This document shows positions 12,520 to 24,229 of a DNA stretch of 64,000 nucleotides, piece after piece. The position numbers and the translations under genes were made by a program. Each line of letters opens with the position of its first letter. The first letter of the stretch is position 1. The notes below the pieces were generated by a model that was not told where the DNA came from, made no database searches, and was given only the letters and a program-made list of their open reading frames with translations. The DNA comes from Octopus sinensis (taxonomy: Eukaryota): assembly GCF_006345805.1 (NCBI RefSeq), contig NC_043008.1:58280001-58344000 (forward strand), written 5' to 3'.

Positions 12520-12935
12520 CATGTGGAGTTAATACCGAAGATGTCATCCACATCATAAGCAGTTGTCCGAAAATGTCATCATTGCATATCTACCGATAAA
12601 ATATAATGTAGCTAGGACACTCTATAATGAAATCTGTCGGAAGGATAACCCCGAGGACAAAGAAATAAGGACCCAGCAGTATGGTAGATGCCATAGATAC
12701 TCATAATAAAAAAAACAAGTAATGGTGGAATGTCCCAGTGAAAACGTCAATAAAATATAAGCACAACAGACTTGATATAATGATTTGGGATACGAAGAGA
12801 AATTGTGTACATATGTGGAAATTAGCAGCCCAGCAGATGTTAACATAAAAGTAAAGATCAGTAAAAAAGAGAATACCTACGTTGAACTGTTGGGAAATCT
12901 GAAGTTACTCTAGCCAGATTACAATTTCAGGTTTA
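12520..12935 (+). pseudogene. R4/Dong-like (R2-group) LINE zinc knuckle plus restriction-like endonuclease relic
   Basis: Reconstructed across frameshifts: CGVNTEDVIHIISSCPKM...VARTLYNE...KHNRLDIMIWD...YVEISSPADVNIK...KENTYVELLGNLKLL. Confidence 0.8.
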
Positions 12936-13000
12936 TAGCCATGAGTATAGCCATGAGTGTGGCCATGAGTATAGCTATGAGTGTGGCCATGAGTATAGCA
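12934..13000. repeat. 12-bp tandem repeat alternating gccatgagtata and gccatgagtgtg
   Basis: About 5 units read directly. Confidence 0.9.
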
Positions 13001-13024
13001 TTAATAGTGACTATATCAGAAGGG

Positions 13025-13392
13025 TTTGCTGAAGGACAGCTTACGTTGCTTCGACATATACAACATCATAAGCGGAAAGTGTAACCTCTCGAAAGAGCTG
13101 TTCTTCACTCCTGCTCCAGAGCGCCGGCTGCGGGGTCATTCCGAAAAGCTCTATCTGCGACGATTTCATCTCAATCGAAGGAGAGGAGCTTTCTCCGTCC
13201 GGGTTGCGGATCCGTGGAACAAGCTGCCAGACGAGATGGTGAAGATGCCGACGACCGCTTTGTTCAAAGCCTCCCTGGCCCTCAAGTGGCCTGAACTCTT
13301 TACATGAACACCACCCTGTACTTAACTCCATGTCCCCCTACATGGCCTTGCTATTTGCTTTTGAGCCAAATTAACTAACTAACTAACTAACA
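13025..13392 (+). mobile_element. CR1-like LINE 3' end
   Basis: RGHSEKL...AFSVRVADPWNKLPDEMV...FKASL is the typical CR1 ORF2 C-terminus; short 3' UTR ending in (aact)n. Confidence 0.85.
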
Positions 13393-13629
13393 TTTGTCTC
13401 AGATATCTTTTTATTCTTTTACCTGTTGCAGCCACTGGGTTGTAATCATGCTAGGGCGCTGCCTTGAAGTCTTTAGTCGGAGGAATCGATTTCGTTATTT
13501 ATTTCAAATCTGTTGCTTATCTATTGTTCCTGTTTACCGAACGACTAAATCACGGAGATGTAAACAAACCAACGTTGCTTGTCAAGCGATGGTGAGACAA
13601 ACGCAAAGGCGCACACACGCATACAAACA

Positions 13630-14010
13630 CGGGACCGGAACCGTTGGCAAAGCTGACACAATATGGTCCTTATTCATTTCGAACATCACCTGGACAATGG
13701 TAGCCTTCAGTGAAAATATGTTATTATGAAGCGGTGAGCTGGAAGAAACGTGAGCACGCCGGGCGAAATGCTTTGCAGTATTTCGTCCGCCGCTGCGTTC
13801 TGAGTTCAAATTCCGCCGAGGTCGACTTTGCCTTTCATCCTTTCGGGGTCGATAAATTAAGTACCAGTTACGCACTGGGGTCGATGTAATCGACTTAATC
13901 CCTTTGTCTGTCCTTGTTTGTCCCCTCTGTGTTTAGCCCCTTGTGGGTAGTAAAGAAATATATGTTATTATGAGGATGATGATTAGTCTCCCTTTCAACA
14001 GCTCTTCACA
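13630..14010 (-). mobile_element. Tc1/mariner 3' fragment interrupted by a SINE-C (13730-13959)
   Basis: Homologous to 15775-15900; 14-bp TSD atatgttattatga at 13716-13729 and 13960-13973. Confidence 0.85.
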
Positions 14011-15173
14011 CAGACAGACAACCACACGTACACATACAAACACACAGGCAGACATACATGCACTTTTATATGATATATTTTCACACAGTTTTCATCTAAT
14101 TCTTACACAACGGATACGTCGTGTTACAGCTTGGAGAAGAAACTATTCATTGTTATTTATAGGATAAATAAAAGTTTGAAAAATTGAAATGAATGTAGAC
14201 AAATACTGAGAAGAGAATTTGAGGAAGCCAGAACATTAATATCATAAAAGAGTTGATCATGGCAAATGAGAAGAGACAGAAAAACATCAGCGGTCCGGTA
14301 TCTATTGTAAAGTACATTGATACTAATTGATATTGCTTTGTTCGTATACTTTCGAGACAGAAGAAAGATATGAATCTGGTTATTTGAAACAATACGAGAT
14401 TAAAAGTACAAACACGCACGTATATATACACATACATACATACACACCCATGATGTATGTATGTATTATGTATGTAAAAGGTCAAAACAATATAGGAATT
14501 TAATTGATCTATAGAGACGCATAAGTAAGTGTTCACTTAAACAAGATCAAGAAATTTAGATGAATTTGTCAAAGTAGACAAACTACCGAACAAAATTTTC
14601 GACGTAAGGCAAAATACACACACTCACACACAAACACACGCACACACATACAGAGACACACATACATACAGAGACACACACATAGAGAGACACACATATA
14701 GAGAGACACACATATAGAGAGACACACTCATACAGCATTTGAAAGACAACTCCAAACTGAAGAATGGTGGTGAGTTGCGTATAATGTAGAACAAAACAAT
14801 ACGACAATGTTGATGATGAAGGAGGAAGCTTTGTATAGTTGGAAACTTTATAAAATATCCTCTTCAGAATTGCAAAAATTTCCAATAAAGAAAGATAGAA
14901 AAGTAGAAAAAAAGCAGTAGAAAACAAGAACGACACTGGACATTATTTCCTGTCTCCAATGAAAAACAATAAATAAATATAAAACGGGCTTAAGTTACGT
15001 TCAGTTGTCGTCAGCTAGATGAAGCGTAAAGAGAAATCAAGCCACCTTATAATAATGAAAAACGAGATCGGTATTCTCTATACACTGATCGGTATCTAGG
15101 TCATTTTTGGCCATTTCTATATGATAATTATATATATATATATATATTATATATATATATATATATATAATAT

Positions 15174-15234
<61 letters not shown>

Positions 15235-15309
15235 CAGAAAAGAGGATTTTTGATTATTCCACGTGGTGAGTTGTAATGTATATAAGAAATTAAAAAAGGA
15301 AAATACGCA

Positions 15310-15650
15310 CACTTACCTAGTTTTAATATAATTTTTAATATATCGACCGGTTTCGCTATCGCTAGTCATGATATTATGTTTTACTTATTTGAATATATAT
15401 TTTTTCTTAAGAAGAAATTTTGTCCATGTTGTGTGTGATGATGAAATTCACGAGTGAATGACTTCACAAGTAGATAAATAAAGGGAGGTAATTGGTTGTC
15501 GCTATTATTGTTATTGTTGTGGGTAGGGGAGATAACTGTTCAGCTTTCGGTAATAGGTGGGGATTATATATGTGTAAAGACAGAGACAAATTTCAAAAAC
15601 CTTGAGGGTGCGAGGGGTATTTGAGAACAGTTGTAGTATACAATAAAACA
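15310..15650 (-). mobile_element. Dispersed ~340-bp repeat family (copy 1) carrying an A3-U8 hammerhead motif
   Basis: Shares accaattacctccc, cacacaacatggac, atgactagcga.agcgaaaccgg and the downstream atattaaaa block with 55960-56285. Confidence 0.75.
15340..15374 (-). ncRNA. Non-canonical minimal hammerhead (AUGACUA core; A3-U8)
   Basis: atatc-AUGACUA-gc gata gc-GAAA-c cg g-UC-gatat: stem I 5 bp, stem II 2 bp, palindromic ACCGGU stem III, GUC site. Confidence 0.65.
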
Positions 15651-15699
15651 ACTATATTTAAGCGTAAATAAAATTGTATTTGAATAAACATTTGTGCAA

Positions 15700-16725
15700 T
15701 TAGTCTTGATAATGATTTTTAAAGCAAATTATTCTATGAAATCACCTTCTGCTTTGATAACTGCGGGACCGGAACCGTTGGCAATGCTGACACTATATGG
15801 TCCTTATTCATTTCGAACATCACCTGGACAATGGCAGCCTTCAGTGAAGCTATGGTGTTATGAGGATGACGATTAGTCTCCCTTTCAACAGCGCTTCACA
15901 CGTAGTAGTCCATGGATTTCAAATCTGGCGAGTTTGGAGGCGACATATTTGGCATACATAATCATAAGATTGTCTGAAACCATTCTTGGGTGACTAGGGC
16001 TTTGTGAGAAGATGCTGAATCTTGTTGAAACACGTATGGTCTTCCATTGCATACTTCAGCAATCCACGGCTTGATAACTGTTTCCAGTACCTCAATGTAT
16101 CCAGCAGCATAAATTCTAAGACCCCGTGGAAAAAAAGTGGGGAAGCATCACATGACCTTCGCTAATTACCGCTCCTAAAACCATCACTGTTGCTGAAAAT
16201 ATCGTGTGCATCACTCTTGGTACTTCAGAAGGATCTGAACATAACCACATCTCATTTTTTCTGTTAGACTTTTGATCCTGGTCAAAGATTTTTTCGTCAG
16301 AGAAAACCCAAAGCATGCTTTGTTCACGAGGGTTTTTTACTTTGTAAGTAAGCGCTTTGAACGGATGAGATGGTTTTCCTGTCTTTGCAGGCGCTAATCG
16401 GTTTTTCCACATTACATAGAACTTGTATCGAATGTAACGATGTACTACAGTTCTGATAGTCCACTCTGACACCCGACGTTCTTTAGCAATGGACCTCATT
16501 GTCCTTTTAGTGTCTGAGCGTTGTGAATGTTTTTCTCTCTTTGATACAGGTGAAACATTGCCATCCCATACCTCCAATTCCAACCGAACTTTGCGTCCAA
16601 ATGATCTTGCAACATTTAGGAAGTTGCCTAATTTCTAAATCACTGTGGTTTGCATGTATGGCAACAACGACTGCCTGTCTTTTCATTTCTTGAGTTAGCA
16701 TGATATCTTGAAAGGATAATCTGAA
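15700..16725 (-). pseudogene. Tc1/mariner transposase relic, maT/DD37D-like motifs
   Basis: MLTQEMKRQAVVVAIHA start, VSEWTIRTVVH HTH, WVFSDEKIF, YVFQQDSASSHK and a frameshifted PPNSPDL; exact D-D spacing not countable. Confidence 0.85.
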
Positions 16726-16877
16726 AAAAAAGATACATTAAACAATCAGAATGAACTAAAAACGCATACATACATACGTGTATACATACATGCATACATA
16801 CATAAATGCATGCATGCATACATACATACATACATACATACATACATACATACATACATACATACTACATACATACA

Positions 16878-17796
16878 TGATGGCTGCCCCCTCGTTATCG
16901 AGTATGGTCATTGCACGAAGCTTAACTGTTATTGATGCTGTGATGGAATGTGACTTTTTAGCCCAGCTAAAAATCTACAATATCTTGTACAGAATTGGCA
17001 GCAAAAACCTTTACCGGCAATAGCCGGCTGTAGTTGTAACTGGCCTTCATGTACCTTTGCTTATCGTGTAAGTCCTTCCGCCGAATTACACTCCCTTCCA
17101 CATGCTTGGCAGATATGATTAGTATGGTGTGTAGCACTACCACCAGTGGCCTGATTGTCACTCATCTGTCTCGCTTTATGACTACGAAGATGACTCTTGA
17201 GTCCAGCTTTACTGAAGCAGGGTCTTGCACATACACTGCATGTGAGCGTCATAGGAAGACCCTTACCGTCTGGAAGTGTAACAGCAATGCCCTTCCTGAC
17301 ATCCCTCCTTACTTTCTTAAGCGCAACTCGAGATTTCTCAAAAGTAGCTGTCCCCTCATACACAATCCTTCTCCACCTGCTACGGTCAATAGCTATGCCC
17401 TCCCATGTGTCGGGAGAGATGCTAGCATCTCTTAAAGAAGCCTTCAGCAAATCTTTATGCCTTTTATTTGGTTTATATGGAGGTCGATCTTCTTTAGCTA
17501 ACTCTCCATTAAAAGAGTTGGTTTGGTATCCTTGAATCTTTCATCCAAACCAGATGAACACTCCATCTGAGCCTTTGCTGCAACACAAGAGCTTCTATAC
17601 TTTCACACCAAGAACTTTCCAATATCTCAAGATCACTGATGCGGTCCTCCCACTTAATGCCATTGATCCATCTGAGACACATCTGATGGAAATGTTCCAG
17701 TTGTTTAAGGTGGTATGGATATGTGACCCAGATCACACAGGCATAAAGAAGAGAAGAGAGGACACACGTCTTGTACACCTTTATCTTTATCCTCCT
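16878..17796 (-). pseudogene. RTE-clade LINE 3' portion with C2H2 zinc fingers
   Basis: KIKVYKTCVLSSLLYAC...QRLRWSVHLVWMKDSRIPNQLF...DRSRWRRIV...CSVCARPCFSKAGLKSHLRSH; (CATA)n on both flanks. Confidence 0.9.
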
Positions 17797-17879
17797 GCAT
17801 ACATACATGTATACATACATACATGCATAAATACATACATGCATACATGCATACATACATACATACATACAAACGTACA

Positions 17880-18445
17880 TACAAGTGTCGAAGTGCATTC
17901 CTAGACCAAGTTTGCATACACGAGGCTGATAGCATCATAAGACTTGGAAGGCAGCTCCTTGAGCAACACTCTTTGTTTGATAAACTTAAATAGATGCCCA
18001 AAGAAGTCACATGACTACCGAAAAGTATCATCAGATGAAAGAATGAGCGTATATGAGCAGATGACAATGTAGAGATATGTTAGTAGAAACTTCCGAGATG
18101 ATACTAAGATTGATCATTAAAGCAGTCTATCATGAACCAATAGCCGGATTACTACCTCCCACTTTGAAGGATATGCGTTTGCAATCCAGGAACAGGAAAT
18201 ATCAACCAAATACTTGATGTGCAAAAGGGATAGAGATGCAAGAAAAGCAGTAACATGTGACAACCGATGCAGACTTTAAGGTGTTAACACCGAAGATATC
18301 ACCCACATCATAGGCAGTTGTCCGAAAATGCTATCACAGTATTATCTACCGATGAGACATGACATTGTAGCTAGGACACTCTATAATGAAAACCATCGGA
18401 AGGATAACCCCAAGGACAAAGAAATAAGAACTCAGTATAGTAGAA
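17880..18445 (+). pseudogene. Second R4/Dong-like LINE relic
   Basis: FEGYAFAIQEQEISTKYL...CDNRCRL*GVNTEDITHIIGSCPKM..YYLPMRHDIVAR; homologous to 12520-12680. Confidence 0.85.
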
Positions 18446-18449
18446 GTCT

Positions 18450-19310
18450 ACCGGTCACTCTTTAAAACACATGTCTGTATTCGCATTGTCCTTGCACAGG
18501 GGCCATCCGGACTCCCGTTTTCGCCGTGAGCTGGGATTAATCTTCTCTCTTCACTCCTTTGCGCCGCATGGCCTCAAATCTCCTCCCCTCTTCATCTAAC
18601 CCTCCTCTTCTCTCCTCTAGTCCTCTCACACCTACTTCCTCCCACCCACCTCTCCTCTCTTGTTCTGGCACCTACTTCCGCTCTGCACTCCCACCCACCT
18701 TCTCCCTTCCAACCCTACCATCCCTATACATCCCAACCACCCCACCCCACCACCACACCACACCACACTACACCATATCACACCACACCACACTACACCA
18801 TATCACACCACCCCGCACACACTAGCACCGACCACTTCCCAGCACCCACACCAGTACACACACTAGCACTAACCACTTCCCTGCACCTACACCATCATCC
18901 ACACACCTACACATGTACACACGCACACGTCAATATCACCAGTCCGCTCCACACGTATGCACACGCACATACACGCTCTCACATACACACACACGCTCTC
19001 ACATACACACACACGCTCTCACATACACACACACGCGCACCTTCGTTTTGGGATCACCATTACTTTATTTCCCCCCTTCTTCCTAGCTCTCCTGTGCGAC
19101 CACTCTGTCCGGCATTTGCCATGATAGATCGCTAGCCACCATAACTTTTTCTATTTTCTCTCCCCGTTTCTTTCTGTGTTCAGTTCTGTCGAAGAGTGTA
19201 GGCTCGAAACGTAAAAGACTTTCTCACTTCCCGTTAAACTAATACATCTGTTTGCTGTTTACACACCCGTTTTCGTCTTAAGTTTTTTTTTTGTAAATTC
19301 TCATTATATA
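18450..19310 (+). mobile_element. Penelope-like element 3' part: GIY-YIG C-terminus, low-complexity UTR, hammerhead-like motif (19181-19218, CUGUCGA core)
   Basis: TGHSLKHMSVFAL...RRELGLIFSLHSFAPHGLK (18450-18581) fits the PLE endonuclease tail pattern GHS...E..LI..L....P.GLN. Confidence 0.75.
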
Positions 19311-19375
19311 TATACATACGTGCATACATACATAAATATGGCAGTCTTCGTGTTTTGTTTTTTTTTTGTAAATTT

Positions 19376-19452
<77 letters not shown>

Positions 19453-20599
19453 TACGTGCATACATATGGCAGTCTTTTAACGAGGTGCTTGAGATTCAAC
19501 ATTCAGAGAGATGGCACGAAAGGAAAGAAGAAAGACAGGGTTAAGTTCCTGTATAGTTGAAGAAATTGACAGAATTGAAAGGTGTCTGACTTCAAAGAAA
19601 TATTCAATGGAAAAGAAAGAACAGAGTCAAAGCAATTTTAGCCGGGCTTCTAGAGACGTTGAATACAATCAAAAACTTTTGATGAATAGTTAAAGCAAAT
19701 TGTTAAAGCAAAACTTTATATAACTATTATTATCATCGTTACATGTTGTTAAAAACTATGTTTATGGGTTCGTTTGCTTGAATATTGTGGTGGAAATAAT
19801 ATATACGAATTCTTTTCAGGTTTTCATTTAAAATGGTGTTCGGCCTAGAGCTTTTCAAAAGTTTATTTTTTCTGCCGGAAAGAGGCACAAGGGAGGTATT
19901 CTAACTGTCATTGCTATCTGTTTTCTAATAATGTCAAAATAAAGAAAAGTCCATTAGATTATTCACATGTTTCAACGGACAAAATATCGTCGATTAAAAA
20001 CAGATGATTAAATGCACAATGTTTAATAGATTTAAAGTTATCTCTGAAATACTGTTAGAATGGTAAATTATATAACAAATTCAGGTTTTGTATTTGTGCT
20101 TTATTCAGCAATCGTCAAATGCTGTATAAGTTTGTGTCAAGGAGGACAATGTTTCGTTAATGCAAGCAACTTTACAAAACAACGACAACGAAATATTGTT
20201 AAGTTAAGCATGTATGAAATGTATATGACCCAAGAGAATACAATGAATGCGGCAAGCATTATCGATTTTACTGGTTTCAGTTGGTCGTTTTAGAATTAGT
20301 TCTTCTCTTAGAAAAACAGAATGAAATAAAATAAAATAAATACTAACGGAAATAGAGTTATATCCCTACCTAAATTTAAGACCAATTATATTCTGCCAAT
20401 ATTCAATTACTTCAATTAAATTTCGGTATTTAACGATTTTGGAATTAATCGCTATGGTATTTCAACAAATAATAAAAATTCGTTGTTCTTAATTTTATTT
20501 CAGTTCTTTGTCATTCGACAGTGTATTTATAATGAGATTAGTGTCACGAGTAACGTAGAGGAAGAGGCAAGCTCCACGAGAAAGATCAGTCAGATATTC

Positions 20600-21900
20600 A
20601 GGTTCCAACTTCAGGCGTGGCCGTGTGGTAAGAAGCTCGCTTACGGTTTGACGTGATTCATTTGTTTTGTTGGATTTGTGTGAGATAGACGTGTCTTTTT
20701 GGCTGTGTGACGTTTTTCCTCTTGTGTGATGGAGAGGCGTCCACCGAGGAGTTGCGAAAAGTTTAAGTTGTTCTGTGTCAAACGTGGAAAGCTGCTCTCC
20801 CTCGGACTATGTGTCGTCTGAGGAAGAAATGGTTGAGTGCCTGAAGAAAATAGACAAGGCTATGGAAAATAGAAATTATGGTGCTGCGACGGAAGAAAAG
20901 TACGAAGACATAAGGCTGGAAGATGTAAGCAAGTATAAGGGAATACTGAAAAGGGAGGGGAACGAAGTGAAGGTGTTCTCCACCGAAGAACTCTTAAAAA
21001 AAACAGCGGAAATAACGGTAGTTTATAGCACGTACTTGGTGGCAGCTGGAAAAATTGATAACATGTCTACGGTACAGATAGAAAAGGTGTTAAGATCAGT
21101 CTGACAAGGGATTTCGTATCTTGCAAGAGGTAAAAAATTTGGAACGGTAGAGGTGCAGTGCGAAAAGGTAGCTACCACCAGGCTGCACTCGGCAACACTG
21201 CTGAAAACGAATGAGGTAATTCTTCTACCCGTATACCCTTATACCTTGGGTGACGTGCTTCCAGTGTTAGGGTGGAGGAAATACCTCCAGAGGTGGATGT
21301 AGCCTGGTTGGTGGCTGCTATACTACCTGGAATGGAGGAGAAGGTGGTGGTCCTACAGGCCATCAAAACACCTCATAGGAACTGGAAGGGACAAACCCAT
21401 GACATGGTGGTGCAAATCGCGGAGGAGGACATCGAAGAAAAAGGTCGAAAGTATTACAGTGGGAGAGACGATTTTAAGGGTCTGAGTGGAAGGGGAAGGA
21501 CAAGGAGAGACTGAAGGAAAATGTGGTTGGTGTTACACTGCCTATGGAGAAGTGAGGTGGAACCACAGAAGAAGACAGGTACCAGGGTACCAGCTGGGAA
21601 ATGGTGGAGAAGAAGAGCAGGAAGAGGAGCCACGTGGTGAAGGATGACCCCAACCCACACCTACCCGACTCCCACCCACACCCATTTTACCCCAATCAAC
21701 TCCTAGAGACACCAGCCCTCTCTATGCCCCACTTGACAAACACAAGCACATAGGAGCCCCAAATTTCCTCACCCTCGCCTTTGAAAAAACATATATTGTA
21801 CAATGGAGAAAACGAAGAACTGTATGACAAAATAGAATTGTGGGACAATGCTATAAAAGTGGTGCCCGAGTACATATTATAGTGTAGTGGCAGACCCAGA
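20600..21900 (+). mobile_element. GC-richer degenerate LINE ORF1-like region
   Basis: Stop- and frameshift-broken reading (...ISYLARGKKFGTVEVQC...EEIPPEVDVAWLVAAIL...) with purine-rich coding bias; family not established. Confidence 0.45.
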
Positions 21901-21984
21901 ATATATATCGGAATTGAAGGGCTATGTGGTGGGTCAAGAAATTTGACACCAGCTCAATGCCGAAACAAGTTTTCAGGATATTTA

Positions 21985-22380
21985 CTCTTTTACTCTTTTA
22001 CTCGTTTCAGTCATGTGACTGTAGTCATGCTGGAGCACCGCCTCTAGTCCAGCAAATCGACCCCAGGACTTATTCTCTGTAAGCCTAGTACTTATTCTAT
22101 CGGGCTCTTTTGCCGAACCGCTAAGTTACGGGGACTTAAACACACCAGCATCGGTTGTCAAGCGATGCTGGGGGGGGGGAGACAAACACAGACACACAAA
22201 CATATACACACACATACATATATACGACGGGCTTCTTTCAGTTTCCGTCTACCAAATCCACTCACAAGGCTTTGGTCGGCCCGAAGCTATTGTAGAAGAC
22301 TCTTGCCCGGGGTGCCACGCAGTGGGACTGAGCTCGGAGCCATGTGGTTTGTACTTACCATACAACCACTCCTACGCCTA
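21985..22380 (-). mobile_element. SINE-B
   Basis: Full head-to-tail homology with 10312-10925. Confidence 0.9.
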
Positions 22381-22639
22381 AAAAAATATAATGTAAACAT
22401 TCTTCGGAAAGATGGTAATTAGCAGTCGCTAAAAATGAAAAAAAAATAAGCATTATAAACTAGCTTAAAAAAAGGTTGTATTAACAGGTTCAATGAAGTC
22501 GCTCGGAGGTGGGGGCCAAACGGCTTCCTTTCATATTTCATTATATAAATTCATTCCTTTCATTCGTTTTGATTTTTTTTGTCCCTACCTTGTGCTGTCC
22601 TCTTTGTGTAAGGCCTTCATGGTCAATTTCATAAAATAA

Positions 22640-22980
22640 AGAAGCTTGCTTTCCAAGCACATGGCTCCGGGTTCAGTCCCACCGCATCGCACCTTGAGCG
22701 TCTTCCGTTACAGCCTCGAGCCAACCAAAGCTCGTCATATATATACGTCTTAATGTGTGTGTCTTTGTGTCTCTTTGTCCCCCCCCCCACCAACGCGGGA
22801 CAACTGGTGTTTATGTGTTTACGTCTCCCGGAACTTAGCGGTTCAGCAAAAGGATTCAATTAAATAAGTACTAAGCCTAAAAAATAAGTCCTGGGGTCGA
22901 TTTGTTCCACTAAAACCCTTCACGGGGGTGTTTCAGCATGGCCGCAGTCTAATGACTGAAACAAGTAAAAAAGTAAAAAG
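22640..22980 (+). mobile_element. SINE-B (diverged)
   Basis: Head and tail motifs present. Confidence 0.8.
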
Positions 22981-23003
22981 CATATATATATATATATATA
23001 TAT

Positions 23004-23310
23004 CACCGTGATCACCGTGACCGACCAGGCTATCAGATGTTGTTACACATCGCTGGTCACAACGCGCTTCGCATTGTTTTAGCCTTCAAATGACGCCACC
23101 CCGCTGGCTAAGCGAACAGGCCAACAGAAGAAAGAGTGAGAGAAAGTTGAGGCGAAAGAGTACAGCAGGGATCGCCACCACCCTATGCCGGAGGATCGTG
23201 GAGCTTTAGGTGTTTTCGCTCAATAAACACTCACAACGCCCGGTCTGGGAATCGAAACTGCGATCCTACGACCGCGAGTCCGCTGCCCTAACCACTAGGC
23301 CATATCGCCT

Positions 23311-23312
<2 letters not shown>
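23004..23312 (-). mobile_element. SINE-A with an alternative tail (…cacggtgatcacggtg)
   Basis: SINE-A head and body; the tail also occurs as a 35-bp stub near 25245-25280. Confidence 0.85.
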
Positions 23313-23375
<63 letters not shown>

Positions 23376-23387
23376 CACACACACACA

Positions 23388-23418
<31 letters not shown>

Positions 23419-23450
23419 CACCACACACACACACACACATATATATATAT

Positions 23451-24015
23451 AATTATAAAAACATAATTATAGTTAAGGGTTACTGGAAATAACCAGCGCC
23501 TGCGCTAGAAATAGATGTCAAACACCTACAATCCACTCTAAGATCTTTTCCCTATATTCAACCACAGGTATGAACGCGAGGGAATGAGCAAGAACATATA
23601 CAACATTCTGGATAATTCTATACCTCGAGATTTCATGCTCTGCAAAAGATTGCTCTGCAATTATATGAGAAGCCTAGAGCATAAAAATGACCGTATAGGT
23701 AACATTGATTTTTTTTTACGTATGTAATTATAAAAATATAATTATAGTTAAGGGCTACTGGAAATAACCAGCGCTTGCAAATAACCAGTAGCATTGCAGA
23801 GCATGAAATCTCGAGTTATAGAATTATCTAAAATATTATATATTTTCTGTGGTTGAATATAGAGAACAAATTTTAGAGTGGATTGTAGGTATTTGACATC
23901 TACTTCTAGCGCAGGCGCTGGTTATTTCCAGTAGCCCTTAACTATAATTATATTTTTATAATTATATACGTATAAAAGTTAATGTTACCTAGACGGCCAT
24001 TTTTATGCGCCAGGC
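23451..24015. repeat. Complex foldback: A (23451-23645), B+partial A (23672-23779), inverted A+B (23794-24015)
   Basis: aattatagttaaggg.tactggaaataaccagcgc occurs twice direct and once inverted. Confidence 0.9.
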
Positions 24016-24229
24016 CACTGATATAATCATCTTTATGATACATACACGGGTGTGTATGATTGTGTATAGAAGAATAGTGTATAGAAGAAATTCCAACTTT
24101 GATTTTCGCGCTTCATCTACAATCCTGGTTGGATGTCTTGTGTAATGTGCTTCTTCGTCGCTCGGGTTTACTTCGACTGGTTACATCGCATCTTTACAGA
24201 GACTGTTTTCGTAACCAACTTTGCTCTAT

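Noticed and set aside
19511-19693. Charged 60-aa ORF (MARKERRKTG...)
   Set aside because: No recognisable motif or splice signals; probably decayed transposon sequence.
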